Below are positions 10,114 to 20,028 of a stretch of DNA of 64,000 bases, in pieces. The notes below the pieces were generated by a model. It searched no databases and was not told where the DNA came from. It saw nothing but the letters and a program-made list of their open reading frames with translations. The stretch is from Candidatus Poribacteria bacterium (GTDB taxonomy: Bacteria > Poribacteria > WGA-4E > JAJDTR01). The stretch covers positions 6,185,281 to 6,249,280 of the forward strand of contig OZ242354.1 in the NCBI GenBank assembly GCA_965208765.1, in the 5' to 3' direction. The translations under genes and the position numbers were made by a program. Numbering within the stretch: the stretch's first letter is position 1; each line of letters starts with the position of its first letter.

Positions 10114-10464
10114 CTATTCCCGCTCAAATACTACATCTTCACCTGTGCAGTTCCATGTCATCGTGTCTCCGATGATATCAATGTCACAAGTTGCGGCGGG
10201 GTCATCTTGATCTGATAAGTGTAGGAGATTCCCCTTCACTTGATAAGTCCCCTTACTGGAAATCGAACCATTCTTAATCCTAACTATTATGAACCTTCCG
10301 TCATTGTCAAAGGTCGCTCTAACATCCGTTCTGAGCCCCCGTGAAATCCATGTGCCAACAATCCCTGCGCTTGCCCCGCTATCATCCTCGCTACAGGCGA
10401 CGATACCTAATAAACAAAGCCAGCATATCAAAATGCTACTGTACGTGAGTTTTCGCCTTGCCAT
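10114..10464 (-). CDS. lipocalin-like lipoprotein
   Basis: Signal peptide with lipobox LLGIVAC|S. GTW...GTYQVKGNLLHL pattern of lipocalin-like domains. Confidence 0.55.
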   Translation of the reverse strand: MARRKLTYSSILICWLCLLGIVACSEDDSGASAGIVGTWISRGLRTDVRATFDNDGRFIIVRIKNGSISSKGTYQVKGNLLHLSDQDDPAATCDIDIIGDTMTWNCTGEDVVFERE

Positions 10465-10732
10465 AAACCCACATCTCCCTTTCCGGTATAGATCGTGAAT
10501 TGAATAATCAACTTACTTAAGATAACTACAGTTATACAGAATGAACTACTTTGAGAGGATTCCTCAACCCGACTTTGTACATTTGAACGGCATGGCGAAC
10601 GGTGTTAATAAAGCGTTTCAACAAAGCAGGTGGGATTTTAACCATCTGGTCTTTTAGGTTGACCATTGAAAAAGTCGCCAGCGGCTTCTGGTGCAATACA
10701 GTCTGTCGCTTGTTGCTCTTTCAAAGGCTGTC

Positions 10733-10810
10733 AGGATCTCTATCGCGCTCGTTATCCACTCGCTTGAGGGATATCTATCGCCCTCCTTAATCAGTCGGTT
10801 GATCCTACAG
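10733..10810. repeat. family-2 interspersed repeat (ggatctctatcgc...tcgtttgatcc type)
   Basis: caggatctctatcgcgctcgttatccactcgcttgagggatatctatcgccctccttaatcagtcggttgatcctacag. About 13 related copies occur in the window. Confidence 0.65.
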
Positions 10811-10824
10811 AATTGTGCGAGAAA

Positions 10825-10856
10825 GAAACCGAGTTTTGAAGAAAAAACTCGGTTTC
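10825..10856. repeat. 13-bp-stem hairpin element GAAACCGAGTTTT-gaagaa-AAAACTCGGTTTC
   Basis: Perfect inverted repeat. The same element occurs at 11671, 25283, 37603, 37653 and 51591. Confidence 0.7.
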
Positions 10857-10904
10857 GAGGCGCGTGATTCTACTCGAAATGATTTTTCAAACAGGTTCTT
10901 AACA

Positions 10905-11012
10905 CACCCACAAGGTGTTCGTAGACTCGCCGGCATTAATCAATTCCGCTGTGTCGCCGTTGACAGCCAGCGCGTTGTCCTGTCTGAATGAAAGTTCATT
11001 CATGATGTAACC
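10905..11012 (-). pseudogene. XerC/XerD-like N-terminal motif ORF (copy 2), truncated by repeat insertions
   Basis: MNELSFRQDNALAVNGDTAELINAGESTNTLWVC*. It diverges from copy 1 after NTL and runs into hairpin and family-2 repeats. Confidence 0.25.
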
Positions 11013-11016
11013 CGCC

Positions 11017-11589
11017 TCACTCTAAACGATTGCCGTTCTCGTCCCAGGAGGAAAAATCGCCGTTGCCGTCCTTATTGACGCCCATCCGCGCCCTTGCTCC
11101 TTTGCCCCACACGTCCACCGCCCCTCCACCTCCGTCAATGCTCATCGCCGCCTTTTTGAGTTCATTGCCCTCTTTGCCTTCCACGGACACCCTCCCGCCG
11201 TTTTCGTCGATGCTCAACGCCGCCTCTTTGAATCCTCTGCCCTCCACGTACACCTTCCCTCCGAATCCTTCGAGGTGCATCCCTGCTCCCCCTTTAGCCT
11301 CTTTGCCCCACACGAACACCGCCCCTCCGTATTTGGTGACGTGCATCTCCGCCCCTTTTCCCAGTTTGCCTACCACGAACACACTCCCGCCAAATTCGGA
11401 GGTGTTCAACCCCGCACGGATATTCCCCTTCGCATCAACTACGTCCAACTCCCTGCAGGTAATCCTTCCCGCGTTCAGGTCTACCGGTTCGTCTTTCGCT
11501 CCCAGTGGAGCTAATGTCCCCACAGCCATTGTCAGAACTGTTCCGACTATACCGCCTATCACCGCATACAGCATCTCTATCCTACGCAT
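11017..11589 (-). CDS. secreted Gly-rich beta-repeat protein, unknown function
   Basis: AAGGAGA RBS and an N-terminal hydrophobic segment. Periodic repeats of G-G-x-V-x-V-x-G-K-x-x-K-G-x-x-M-H. Confidence 0.6.
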   Translation of the reverse strand: MRRIEMLYAVIGGIVGTVLTMAVGTLAPLGAKDEPVDLNAGRITCRELDVVDAKGNIRAGLNTSEFGGSVFVVGKLGKGAEMHVTKYGGAVFVWGKEAKGGAGMHLEGFGGKVYVEGRGFKEAALSIDENGGRVSVEGKEGNELKKAAMSIDGGGGAVDVWGKGARARMGVNKDGNGDFSSWDENGNRLE

Positions 11590-11670
11590 GAGATTCTCCT
11601 TTCAAAAACAGTGGTCAGTGGCTAGTAAAAGGCTTGGCTCATGTCAAAAGAAAGTGCAAAGAGACTTTGA

Positions 11671-11701
11671 GAAACCAAGTTTTCAAGAAAAACTCGGTTT
11701 C
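11671..11701. repeat. hairpin element inside a conserved ~90-bp leader upstream of 11017..11589
   Basis: gtcaaaagaaagtgcaaagagactttgagaaaccaagttttcaagaaaaactcggtttcacccacatattcttaac is shared with 25255..25345. Confidence 0.65.
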
Positions 11702-11955
11702 ACCCACATATTCTTAACCTGAGCGAAAGGCTTTTGCTTTTCACCGGTCACTGGCAACAGGTCACTGATTCCGAGATTGAATGATTAATCGTTAAACCAT
11801 CTTATACAATCTCAAAATCTAAATGTTACAGCCGATTCGAGACGCGCAATGAATTGCGCTACTACGAACCCCAGTTTCTGCAACTTATGGATTACGAATT
11901 GGAATTACATGTGATAAGCCCTTTTATACGGCATAGGCCACATTGAGAGGAGTCC

Positions 11956-13077
11956 TCAGTCTATGGGATTGTCCGCCTCAAACACGCGGCGCGCGCCGGT
12001 GGACAGTCTTCCTTCTGCTTCTAGGCGATCAGCCCAATGCGGCGGAACGCCGTTTGACCACTTGGCGGGGGCTGCTTCGCGATCGGGAGTACGGAATGCC
12101 ATCAGCAAACCCCATCGCATCTCACTGTCCGGTTTACGCCTGCCTACGTAATGCGGCATGTGATGAACAAAGGAAACCATACTCCCCGGCGGCAGAGACA
12201 GGTGCACGATTTCCAACGGTTCGCCGGTAATGGGATGCGACTTGCCTTTCAACCAGCCAGCCCGTATGTCTTCATCTTCATCCGGCCGCTCGGTGTTCCA
12301 TTTGTAGGGGACGCGATAGAGATGAGCGCCCGGAATAACGGCAAACTCGCCTCCGTCGTCGGTAGCGGCACCATCTGGGTAACACAAGGTGCGAACGCAC
12401 TGCCGCTGCAGAAACTCGGGCGTAACCGCACTGCCGTCGCCTATCGCGTCTTGAACTTCATGCCGCCCGTCCCAATACGGGTGACCGTGCCAACGACGAC
12501 CCTTCGTACCGGGAGCGCGGTTTAGCAAAAGGCAGTGGTCGAGTAGAAAGCGATCGCCGAGGACCTTGCGAAACAGTTCCATCATCTGCGGATGCGTGGT
12601 GATGACATCCAGTACAAAGTTGTTGTACCCCGGCGGAAAGTATTCCGGCATGACTCCAACTGAGTCGAACCCGTGGGCAATCAGTGCGGGGCCCGGGCGG
12701 TGTAACCCGTATTGATACATGTACTTCCGAGCTTCAGTTCTAAGAAAAGGCGGCATTTGTTCCGACCCGCCACAGCATGAAGCCAAGAATTGAGGTGTAA
12801 TCTGTTCAGGCGGAGGCGGCGCTAGTCCACGCCCCTCGAAATCAATGGCAGCCCAGTCGGTATCCGTGAGAATGCCATCGTTCATCCGTTGCAGTTTCTT
12901 TAGATTTGCCCTCCACTGTTCGCAGCCGGCATCGGTGACTACTCCTTCCCACACCCAATAACCGTCACGCTCGAAGGTCTCGCGGTCAAAGGCATCAAGC
13001 ACTTGGGGGCGAAGCAGGTCGGGTATGGCACCCGCGCTTATTTCGTCGTCACTGCTATAATCGATGTCGACGTTCAT
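11956..13077 (-). CDS. phytanoyl-CoA dioxygenase family protein
   Basis: 373 aa. DGYWVWEGVV N-terminal motif, His-rich core (HGHPYWDGRHE) and HHMPH. Confidence 0.75.
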   Translation of the reverse strand: MNVDIDYSSDDEISAGAIPDLLRPQVLDAFDRETFERDGYWVWEGVVTDAGCEQWRANLKKLQRMNDGILTDTDWAAIDFEGRGLAPPPPEQITPQFLASCCGGSEQMPPFLRTEARKYMYQYGLHRPGPALIAHGFDSVGVMPEYFPPGYNNFVLDVITTHPQMMELFRKVLGDRFLLDHCLLLNRAPGTKGRRWHGHPYWDGRHEVQDAIGDGSAVTPEFLQRQCVRTLCYPDGAATDDGGEFAVIPGAHLYRVPYKWNTERPDEDEDIRAGWLKGKSHPITGEPLEIVHLSLPPGSMVSFVHHMPHYVGRRKPDSEMRWGLLMAFRTPDREAAPAKWSNGVPPHWADRLEAEGRLSTGARRVFEADNPID

Positions 13078-13469
13078 GTGTCTGTTTCTTGACGAGTCCG
13101 AGTCAACGCTTTAGAGCCTGTTTGAAAATTCGGCAGCCAAGCCATTTTTAGTCATTTGAAGACACGTTTTTGTAATTTCCCGATATATACCTGTCGCCCC
13201 GCTGGGGCTTGGTGTACAGGGTTTCGGTATTTCTACACACCTTCCGCCCCTCCGGGGCTTTTAAGGCTGGTGCGCGGAAGATTCCTATCGCCCTCCTTAT
13301 TCAGTCGGTTGATTGCACCTCACAAAATGTACTTTTCAAACAGGTTCTTAAGAGCCTGTTTGAATAATCGGTAACAGCCAAATTTGGTTGTTTGTGGGAA
13401 GTTTTTTCGTAATTTTTTCGTTATTCACTCGCTCGAATTGCCTCCGGGGCTTTTGAGGTTGTTAAGACG

Positions 13470-13540
13470 CTATCAAGACTTTCTATCGCCTTCCTTAAGC
13501 AGTCAGTCGATCACTCATTATTCATTCGCTTGATCGCAGT
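13470..13540. repeat. family-2 interspersed repeat
   Basis: ctttctatcgccttccttaagcagtcagtcgatcactcattattcattcgcttgatcgc. Confidence 0.6.
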
Positions 13541-13645
13541 GCGCACCTTACGAATGGGTATCAAAGCTATATTTGGTCATCTGACGACAGTTTCTTGATG
13601 TTTGTTTAATTGTACGCGATACACCGGTGGGATCTGTATGTGTAA

Positions 13646-14668
13646 CTATTCCCATGGTTTAAGAATAATTTTCGCGCTTTCGTGTGAGGAAGATGTTTCG
13701 AATGCTGTCTGGATCTCGCTCATGGGAAAAACGTGGCTGATGAGGAGATCTAAAAGATCGGAATTTTGAATGACGTTCATTAACCTTGGAAACAGCGATA
13801 AATTGTAGTGCCACGCGCCATGAAGAGACAAGCCCTTGCCAATCATGTCGCGGCTAATGTTAATCTCAGTTTCTCTGCCGCCGCTCTGACCTACAAATGA
13901 AACCTGCCCGCGGCGCCGGGTGGCGTCAATGCAGAGGCGATGCGCGAGCGGATTACCGGAACAATCCAGCGCGCAGTCAACGCCGCGTCCATCGGTTGTA
14001 AGATCTCGAATCTGTTCAACCGCATCACCTGCGCTCGGATCAATCACTGCAATCGCACCCATTTTTTTCGCGTGTTCGACACGCCAAGGGATAGATTCCA
14101 CGGCGATGACACGGGCACCACGGTACATCGCATTCGTAATTGCGCCGAACCCGACAGGCCCGATGCCCGTGATCAAGACGGTGTCAAAGGAGTTGACCTC
14201 CATTGTTTCAAATGCGTTGAATGACGGCCCCAACGCACAACATGCCAAGGAGGCATGTTCGTAGGAAACGTCATCCGGGATTCTGGAAAGAATCCAAGAC
14301 GGCTTTAGGATGTATTGAGCCATCGTCGATCCGCCTTCTCCTCTACCCGTAAATTCTCTGAAGTTATGACCATCCTCGCAGTGTATATAGTCGCCCGATA
14401 TGCATAAACGGCATTTTCCACACGGGTGCTGGGGCTGGACTACCACTCGATCTCCAACTTCAACTTTCCCCGGTTGGGCAATCGCAACAACCTCTCCCGC
14501 AGCCTCATGTCCAAGCCCACTAGACTTGCGTCCGGAGTCAAAATTGTGGTATTCATTACACATTGGGGCGGCGTGAATTTTGACGACTGCCCAGTCTTCT
14601 TTAGGCTCCAAATCGGGAACATCAACGAGTCCAGCTCGACGTTCTCCAAGAATTGCGGCTTGCTTCAT
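13646..14668 (-). CDS. zinc-dependent alcohol dehydrogenase (MDR family, sorbitol/threonine-DH-like)
   Basis: MKQAAILGE start chosen at 14668. GHEAAGEV zinc motif, CGKCRLCISGDYIHCE structural-zinc motif and GIGPVGFGAI Rossmann motif. The 396-aa ORF extension upstream looks non-coding. Confidence 0.85.
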   Translation of the reverse strand: MKQAAILGERRAGLVDVPDLEPKEDWAVVKIHAAPMCNEYHNFDSGRKSSGLGHEAAGEVVAIAQPGKVEVGDRVVVQPQHPCGKCRLCISGDYIHCEDGHNFREFTGRGEGGSTMAQYILKPSWILSRIPDDVSYEHASLACCALGPSFNAFETMEVNSFDTVLITGIGPVGFGAITNAMYRGARVIAVESIPWRVEHAKKMGAIAVIDPSAGDAVEQIRDLTTDGRGVDCALDCSGNPLAHRLCIDATRRRGQVSFVGQSGGRETEINISRDMIGKGLSLHGAWHYNLSLFPRLMNVIQNSDLLDLLISHVFPMSEIQTAFETSSSHESAKIILKPWE

Positions 14669-14744
14669 ATGTTCGATTCTCCTTACATGGATTGCACGGT
14701 TCGTCCCAAATGGAATTGACCGACAACAAGCTTGGCATCTCCCC

Positions 14745-15803
14745 TCATAGTCTAAAACCTGATGGTCGTAAGCCCTTCTTGAAATCTCCGAATCCGAAAT
14801 AGGTGGGCTGATACGGTCCAACAAAGTCCACGACACCGACTTCGGGAATTAAATCTTCCAATCCAGTGCACCAATAGCAAGCATTCGCCAACAGCCGTCG
14901 CAACCCCTCGTTTTCAAGGTCAACGGAGGCGCCCATCGTGGTACAGAATACGCGGGACGCGAGACATTGTTCGCCAACATAGCTCTTTATCCACGCCAAC
15001 GGCATAGTCGGTGTATCCGGTTTGGGTTTGTCCGTCGGATTCATGCCGGACAGCACTTGGCCATGAACCAGCACTTGTGCGTCACCTGTCAGTTCCGTGA
15101 CGGTGTATACGTCGGTTGGTCCCCAGATGTCCTTAACCCCTTTGAGAATGGGGTGACCGATCATTTCATCGTTTATCAGACCGCGTGCACTCTCTTTTCC
15201 GTGATGTCCGTGATGCGAGACCCAGGTTTCGCCCAGCACCTGACGGCCGTATCCGCCGGAAAACACTTCATCGTCGCAACTGTATTTCGCGTAGGGACTG
15301 CTCGGGTTTCGGGTGTAGCTAAAGGCGTGCGTTGCGGTTCGCAAACCCAAGACGGGTTTGCCGGAATTCGTATAATCGACGATATATTTCATCTGTTCAT
15401 CGGGCAGTTCACGGAACCGCGTGAAGAGTACCATCAAATCGGCGGTTTCCAAGTGATCGAGACCGGGGATGTTGGTCTGGTCGTTGGGGTCGATTTCGCC
15501 GGTCTCGGGGTTAATCGCGAAGAGCACGGTGCACTTGAAGCCGTGATGCACCGTCATGATTTTGGCTAATGCCGGTAACGCCTCTTCGGAGCGATACTCC
15601 TCGTCGCCGCTGACCCAGACGATGTGCTTTCCTTCGCCTGTTCCGCGGTAACCCTCGTATACGACCCATAGATTTTCGTTTGTCATGTTAAGCAAGTTTT
15701 CATATAAAAGTTCATCTTCCGCATCGACTAGGAAAACAAGGATTGGAAGGATGGAAGAGTGGAAGGGCGGAAGATTTCCCACCGCTCCACCCTTAATAGT
15801 CAT
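14745..15803 (-). CDS. ThuA-like / class-I glutamine-amidotransferase-like domain protein (tentative)
   Basis: 352-aa ORF. PVLGLRTATHAF and HHGHHGKES resemble ThuA. The start is probably internal (MTNENLWVVYEG). The family call is uncertain. Confidence 0.45.
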   Translation of the reverse strand: MTIKGGAVGNLPPFHSSILPILVFLVDAEDELLYENLLNMTNENLWVVYEGYRGTGEGKHIVWVSGDEEYRSEEALPALAKIMTVHHGFKCTVLFAINPETGEIDPNDQTNIPGLDHLETADLMVLFTRFRELPDEQMKYIVDYTNSGKPVLGLRTATHAFSYTRNPSSPYAKYSCDDEVFSGGYGRQVLGETWVSHHGHHGKESARGLINDEMIGHPILKGVKDIWGPTDVYTVTELTGDAQVLVHGQVLSGMNPTDKPKPDTPTMPLAWIKSYVGEQCLASRVFCTTMGASVDLENEGLRRLLANACYWCTGLEDLIPEVGVVDFVGPYQPTYFGFGDFKKGLRPSGFRL

Positions 15804-16036
15804 TCCTTCGGAGCAGAAGAAGAATAAAGCTATCGGTATCTACGGACATAAAGACTCTCTATAGATTAGAATCTGCTGGATTTGTCAATCCAGCAGGAGC
15901 GGTTTGGACCTAGAACAAAACGTATGTGTATTTTTGAAACGTGCTTAGTAGAACCAATAAATATGTATACACTGCGGTAAGTTCGGTTTCCTAACCGAAC
16001 CGGTAAATATCTAGTACAGTTCAGCGCAATTGTCTT

Positions 16037-16678
16037 ATGGGTTATAGGCATGTTATAATATTGAGACTTATGAGGTGCGGTGAATTGATTTTGAACATAT
16101 TAGCATACAAGGAGTCTACCATGCCAGGGCCTAAGCCAGAATTGATTGAGTTGACGCCAACCCAAGAAAGTATACTTGAGCGGATAGTTCGTCGAGAGAA
16201 AAGTTCGCAGCAACTGGTGCGACGCAGCCGTATTATTTTGGCTGCCAATCAAGGTGCTGCCAATGAACAGATTTCCCGAACACTTGCCGTAAGCTGTTAT
16301 ACAGTCCGAACCTGGCGTTTGAGATGGGCGAAGGCGTCGGAGAACTTAGCGGTGTGTGAAGTTGAAGAAACGGAGAAGGACTATAGCAACCGAATTGTCA
16401 ATCTCCTTTCAGACAACGCGCGTAGCGGAGCACCCCCCACCTTTAGTGCCCAGCAAATCTGTCAAATTGTCGCCTTAGCTTGTGAACCTCCCTCCCAAAG
16501 TGGACGCCCCATCACCCATTGGACACCCACAGACCTCGCCGATGAGTCGATAAAACGGGGTATAGTCAAGTCGATTTCGCCCCGACATGTGGGGCGTTTT
16601 TTAAAAGCAGTTCGATTTGAAACCTCACCAATGTCGGTATTGGCTCAACCCGAAAAAAGAGGAGACGTTCGATGCTGA
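16037..16678 (+). CDS. IS630 transposase, N-terminal HTH part (upstream frame)
   Basis: MPGPKPELIELTPTQESILERIVRREKSSQQLVRRSRIILAANQGAANEQISRTLAVSCYTVRTWRLRW winged-helix/HTH. Confidence 0.75.
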   Translation: MGYRHVIILRLMRCGELILNILAYKESTMPGPKPELIELTPTQESILERIVRREKSSQQLVRRSRIILAANQGAANEQISRTLAVSCYTVRTWRLRWAKASENLAVCEVEETEKDYSNRIVNLLSDNARSGAPPTFSAQQICQIVALACEPPSQSGRPITHWTPTDLADESIKRGIVKSISPRHVGRFLKAVRFETSPMSVLAQPEKRGDVRC

Positions 16679-17360
16679 AGTGAAGGAAGTGTGTGACTTG
16701 TACCATCAAGCTCAAGAGTTGGCTCAACAATCCACTCACCTGGTGAGTTGTGATGAGATGACAGGTATACAAGCAACAGAGCGAAAAGCACCCACAAAAC
16801 CGATGAGACCCGGGATTATCGAACGCCAAGAATTTGAATACATTCGTCATGGTACCTTGAGTTTAATTGCCAACTTTGAAGTGGCAACCGGACTTGTGCT
16901 TTGCCCAAGTCTAGCTCCCACACGAACCGAAGTCGATTTTGCAGCCCATATCCAAACGACTATAGACAGCGATAGCCACGGCGAGTGGATATTTATCGTC
17001 GATCAACTCAATACTCACAAATCCGAATCTCTGGTTCGGTTAGTGGCCAAACAATGTGGTATTGAGGGAGATTTGGGAGAAAAAGGTAGACGAGGCATTC
17101 TAAAATCAATGGGGAGTCGATCCGAATTCCTCAAAGACAAAACCCATCGGATACGGTTCGTTTATCTCCCGAAGCACACCAGTTGGTTAAATCAAGTTGA
17201 AATTTGGTTTTCAATTCTCGTTCGTCGATTGCTCAAACGGGCATCTTTCGGTTCTGTACAAGAATTACATCAACGCATTTTATCTTTTATTTCTTACTTT
17301 AATCAAACGATGGCTAAACCGTTTAAATGGACGTACAAAGGCAGGCCTTTAACTGCCTAA
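16617..17360 (+). CDS. IS630 transposase, DDE catalytic part (downstream frame)
   Basis: DEMTGIQ, DQLNTHKSE and HTSWLNQVEIWFSIL (DD..E of the Tc1/IS630 family). The +1 frame relative to the N-terminal ORF is entered in the overlap zone, which contains a GAAAAAAG run. Confidence 0.75.
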   Translation: MKPHQCRYWLNPKKEETFDAEVKEVCDLYHQAQELAQQSTHLVSCDEMTGIQATERKAPTKPMRPGIIERQEFEYIRHGTLSLIANFEVATGLVLCPSLAPTRTEVDFAAHIQTTIDSDSHGEWIFIVDQLNTHKSESLVRLVAKQCGIEGDLGEKGRRGILKSMGSRSEFLKDKTHRIRFVYLPKHTSWLNQVEIWFSILVRRLLKRASFGSVQELHQRILSFISYFNQTMAKPFKWTYKGRPLTA

Positions 17361-17476
17361 ACCTCTTAACTATTTCTGCCAACGTGTACTAGTCTAGTAG
17401 GTGCGGTTGGAAACCACACCTACCGAAACTGTTCGAAGCGCGGGCTAGGATATCGGGAAGCGTATCGCAGGCATCA

Positions 17477-18223
17477 TTATCGACGGTCGCGCATTGCAAA
17501 CGGGAAGGTCCATTTGTAACCGCGAGGTTGCGAGACGTAGAGCACACCTTCGTGCATCGGAGTCAACTGGTAATGACAGACGACGTTGCTTCGCTCCATA
17601 TCATCGCGCTGTTTTGCCCCTTGATGCGGAATGTGGCTCAAGAAAATTACGCAGTCGCCCGCTTTGGGGTATACGATGTCGTGTTCTTGTGCCTCACACC
17701 ACGCTTCGAATTTGGGACGATCCATCGGATACATGTGCGGCGGCTCCATCCGATGCCCGTTTTTGACGTACTTGAGGTGCCCCAAACCCGGGCCGTTGTC
17801 CTGAAAGTAAAAGGTGGTATTGATGCTTATTGGCGGCACCGTAAGGCGCGATTTCGTTGCCTCCCGTTTCTCCTCCCAATACCCATAGAAATCGAGATGC
17901 CACTCCTGAAGATAAGCGCCCGGGTTAATGTGGATTCGTAGACTCCTCAGTTGGCACTGCTTGCCCATCATTCCCTCGAGATAGGGGCGAACTCCGGGAT
18001 GACCCACCAACGGGGCAAAGGTTTCCGGTTCCCGGTCCAGCAGCGTATCAAACCACATATTCCCCACCTGGTTTAATCCGTCAGCCCATCCCATTTCGCG
18101 GGCGTGATTGATGCGGCCCCGAATATGTTCGGTTTCCTCGGGCGACAAGGCGCCTTCTACCAAGATATGTCCGTCCTCTTCCAGTTGATCGAGTTTTTGT
18201 TCGATGGTTTTCATAATCGTCAC
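17477..18223 (-). CDS. phytanoyl-CoA dioxygenase family protein
   Basis: 248 aa. GHILVEGALSPEE, HLDFYGYWEE and FLSHIPHQGA motifs. Confidence 0.75.
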   Translation of the reverse strand: MTIMKTIEQKLDQLEEDGHILVEGALSPEETEHIRGRINHAREMGWADGLNQVGNMWFDTLLDREPETFAPLVGHPGVRPYLEGMMGKQCQLRSLRIHINPGAYLQEWHLDFYGYWEEKREATKSRLTVPPISINTTFYFQDNGPGLGHLKYVKNGHRMEPPHMYPMDRPKFEAWCEAQEHDIVYPKAGDCVIFLSHIPHQGAKQRDDMERSNVVCHYQLTPMHEGVLYVSQPRGYKWTFPFAMRDRR

Positions 18224-18321
18224 AGTGGAGGATTTAAAACTCCGTAACTATTTGGGTTGTTTTCCCTAGTGGTCTACCGGATCAAGTGGTTAATCCAAGC
18301 AAGGAGGTCGCGATTCGGAGA

Positions 18322-18391
18322 AGATCTCTATCGCACTCACTATCCGTTCGTTTGATCTCCTACCGTCAGTTGGTTTACGGCACACGGAGTG
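18322..18391. repeat. family-2 repeat followed by REP hairpin GGCACAC-gga-GTGTGCC
   Basis: agatctctatcgcactcactatccgttcgtttgatctcctaccgtcagttggtttacggcacacggagtgtgcctactac. Confidence 0.65.
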
Positions 18392-18640
18392 TGCCTACTA
18401 CTTTAAAACGATTTGCCGTTTATCGTAGATAACCACATGCAAGATCCCATCTTAGATTTTAGAATCGAAGATCCCCGCTAGGGCTTTTGTAATGGCTGGT
18501 TCAATTATTACTCACATTCCGCGCCGCTGGCGTTCTCAAAGGCTGGTGGGCAGTGCCCACCCTACAAATGTACAAATCCGAGGCTAGGTAGCTCAATATT
18601 ACTGGCGGAGCATCACTTTTGTGTGTTGCTTCTATGTAAG

Positions 18641-19795
18641 CTACCAGTTGACTCCTGTTTCTTTCCAACTTCTGGAGGCTGCGGATTCAAGCACCGCCTC
18701 GCATACCTTCTGCGTTTCCAGGGCTTCCCTGAATGTCGGTGAGCAGGTTTCGCCCGTTTCCAAGCTTTTCAGAAAATCAGCCATATGATGAACAAAGGTA
18801 TGCTCGTATCCGAGGCACAGACCGGGAACCCACCACCTATCAATATAGGGCTGATCGCTGTCGGAGACATGAATAGAGCGCCAGCCGCGTACAATCGAAT
18901 CATCACCGTGATCGAAGTAGCCGAGCCGGTTCTGGTCGTGCAAGTCCCATCGGATGGAGGCGTGTTGACCGTTTATTTCAAAGGTATAGCCTGCTTTTTG
19001 CCCGCGTGCGTAGCGAGTTGCTTCGAACACGCCGAGCGAACCGTTATCAAAATGACAATGAAAAATGCAGGCATCGTCAATGCCGACCGCTTGCACCTTC
19101 CCAGTTACTTGATGAACCCTTTCCTTAATGAATGTCTCCGTAACGGCTGAAACGTCCGCAATGCCGCCGTTCAACCACATGGCGGTATCGATGCAATGAG
19201 CGAGCAGATCGCCGGTGACGCCGGATCCGGCAGCATTCACGTCCAGCCGCCACAACGCCTCTCCGCCCTGAGGGAGATCGGGGCTGATCGTCCAATCTTG
19301 GAGGAAGTTGGCGCGGTAGTGAAAAACTTGACCCAATTTTCCGGAGTCTATCACCTGTTTTGCCAAGGTGACCGACGGCACACGTCTATAGTTGTACCAA
19401 ACGGTGTTCTTCACACCGGCTTTTTCCACAGCGTCCACCATCGGCTGCCCTTCGGTTACCGTCCGCGCCAGCGGCTTTTCGCAGAGAATCATTTTTCCAG
19501 CGGCAATGGCGGCGAGGGCAATCTCCGCGTGTGTGTCGTTCGGCGCACAGATATCAACAGCGTCGATGTCCGCTCTGGAAACGAGGGTTCTCCAATCCGT
19601 CTCGACGGATTCGTAACCCCATTGCTCGGCAAAGGCACGAACCTTCTCCGGAGTTCGTGCGCAGACTGCTTTTAAGCGCGGCTTCCATTTGAGGTCGGGG
19701 AAGAAATCTCCTACACGTTTGTAGGCGTTGGTGTGCGCACGCGCCATGAAGCCGGTTCCGATGAGTCCGATTCGTAGTGTCTTGTCGTTAGTCAT
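18641..19795 (-). CDS. Gfo/Idh/MocA family oxidoreductase
   Basis: [15 protein letters not shown] Rossmann motif, EKPLA and C-terminal alpha/beta dimerisation domain. Confidence 0.85.
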   Translation of the reverse strand: MTNDKTLRIGLIGTGFMARAHTNAYKRVGDFFPDLKWKPRLKAVCARTPEKVRAFAEQWGYESVETDWRTLVSRADIDAVDICAPNDTHAEIALAAIAAGKMILCEKPLARTVTEGQPMVDAVEKAGVKNTVWYNYRRVPSVTLAKQVIDSGKLGQVFHYRANFLQDWTISPDLPQGGEALWRLDVNAAGSGVTGDLLAHCIDTAMWLNGGIADVSAVTETFIKERVHQVTGKVQAVGIDDACIFHCHFDNGSLGVFEATRYARGQKAGYTFEINGQHASIRWDLHDQNRLGYFDHGDDSIVRGWRSIHVSDSDQPYIDRWWVPGLCLGYEHTFVHHMADFLKSLETGETCSPTFREALETQKVCEAVLESAASRSWKETGVNW

Positions 19796-19873
19796 GGTGA
19801 TAGTGTCATTCGAAAGTGTTTAGTGGTTAGTGATTAGAAACAACCTTAAAACCACAAGGAGTGCAATGAAGAG

Positions 19874-20015
19874 GAATCTCTATACTATCTCTATCGCACC
19901 CGTTATTCATTCGTTCGATCCTTCGTTTTTCGCTTAGTTAATCACTCACTATGGGAGTTCTATCGCGCTCAGTATTCATTCGCTTGAACCTTCACTATCA
20001 GTTCGGTTGATTGTG
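19874..20015. repeat. family-2 repeats, two tandem units
   Basis: gaatctctatactatctctatcgcacccgttattcattcgttcgatcc...gagttctatcgcgctcagtattcattcgcttgaacc. Confidence 0.6.
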
Positions 20016-20028
20016 CTCAAAGGAGTCA

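Larger units (their letters stand above)
15990..17420. mobile_element. IS630-family insertion sequence (ends approximate)
   Basis: Contains two overlapping transposase ORFs. Short inverted match ctagtaca/tgtactag near both ends. A palindrome aggtgcggttggaaaccacacct lies at the right flank. Confidence 0.55.

Noticed and set aside
11030-11722. 230-aa Pro/Ser-rich ORF antisense to the Gly-rich repeat protein
   Set aside because: It is a composition-driven open frame opposite a GGN-rich coding strand. The minus-strand gene has a proper RBS and N-terminal signal.
12151-12525. 124-aa + strand ORF and similar shadow ORFs (5087..5506, 14967..15569, 17528..17941, 19196..19675, 38287..38661, 40364..41032)
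   Set aside because: All lie antisense within genes that have clear family signatures. They show no RBS and their codon usage does not follow the GC3 skew of the sense genes.
13646-14836. 396-aa extent of the alcohol-dehydrogenase ORF
   Set aside because: The first ~56 codons have no homology to MDR enzymes and would overlap the neighbouring gene's end. The internal Met at 14668 (MKQAAILGE) is the plausible start.
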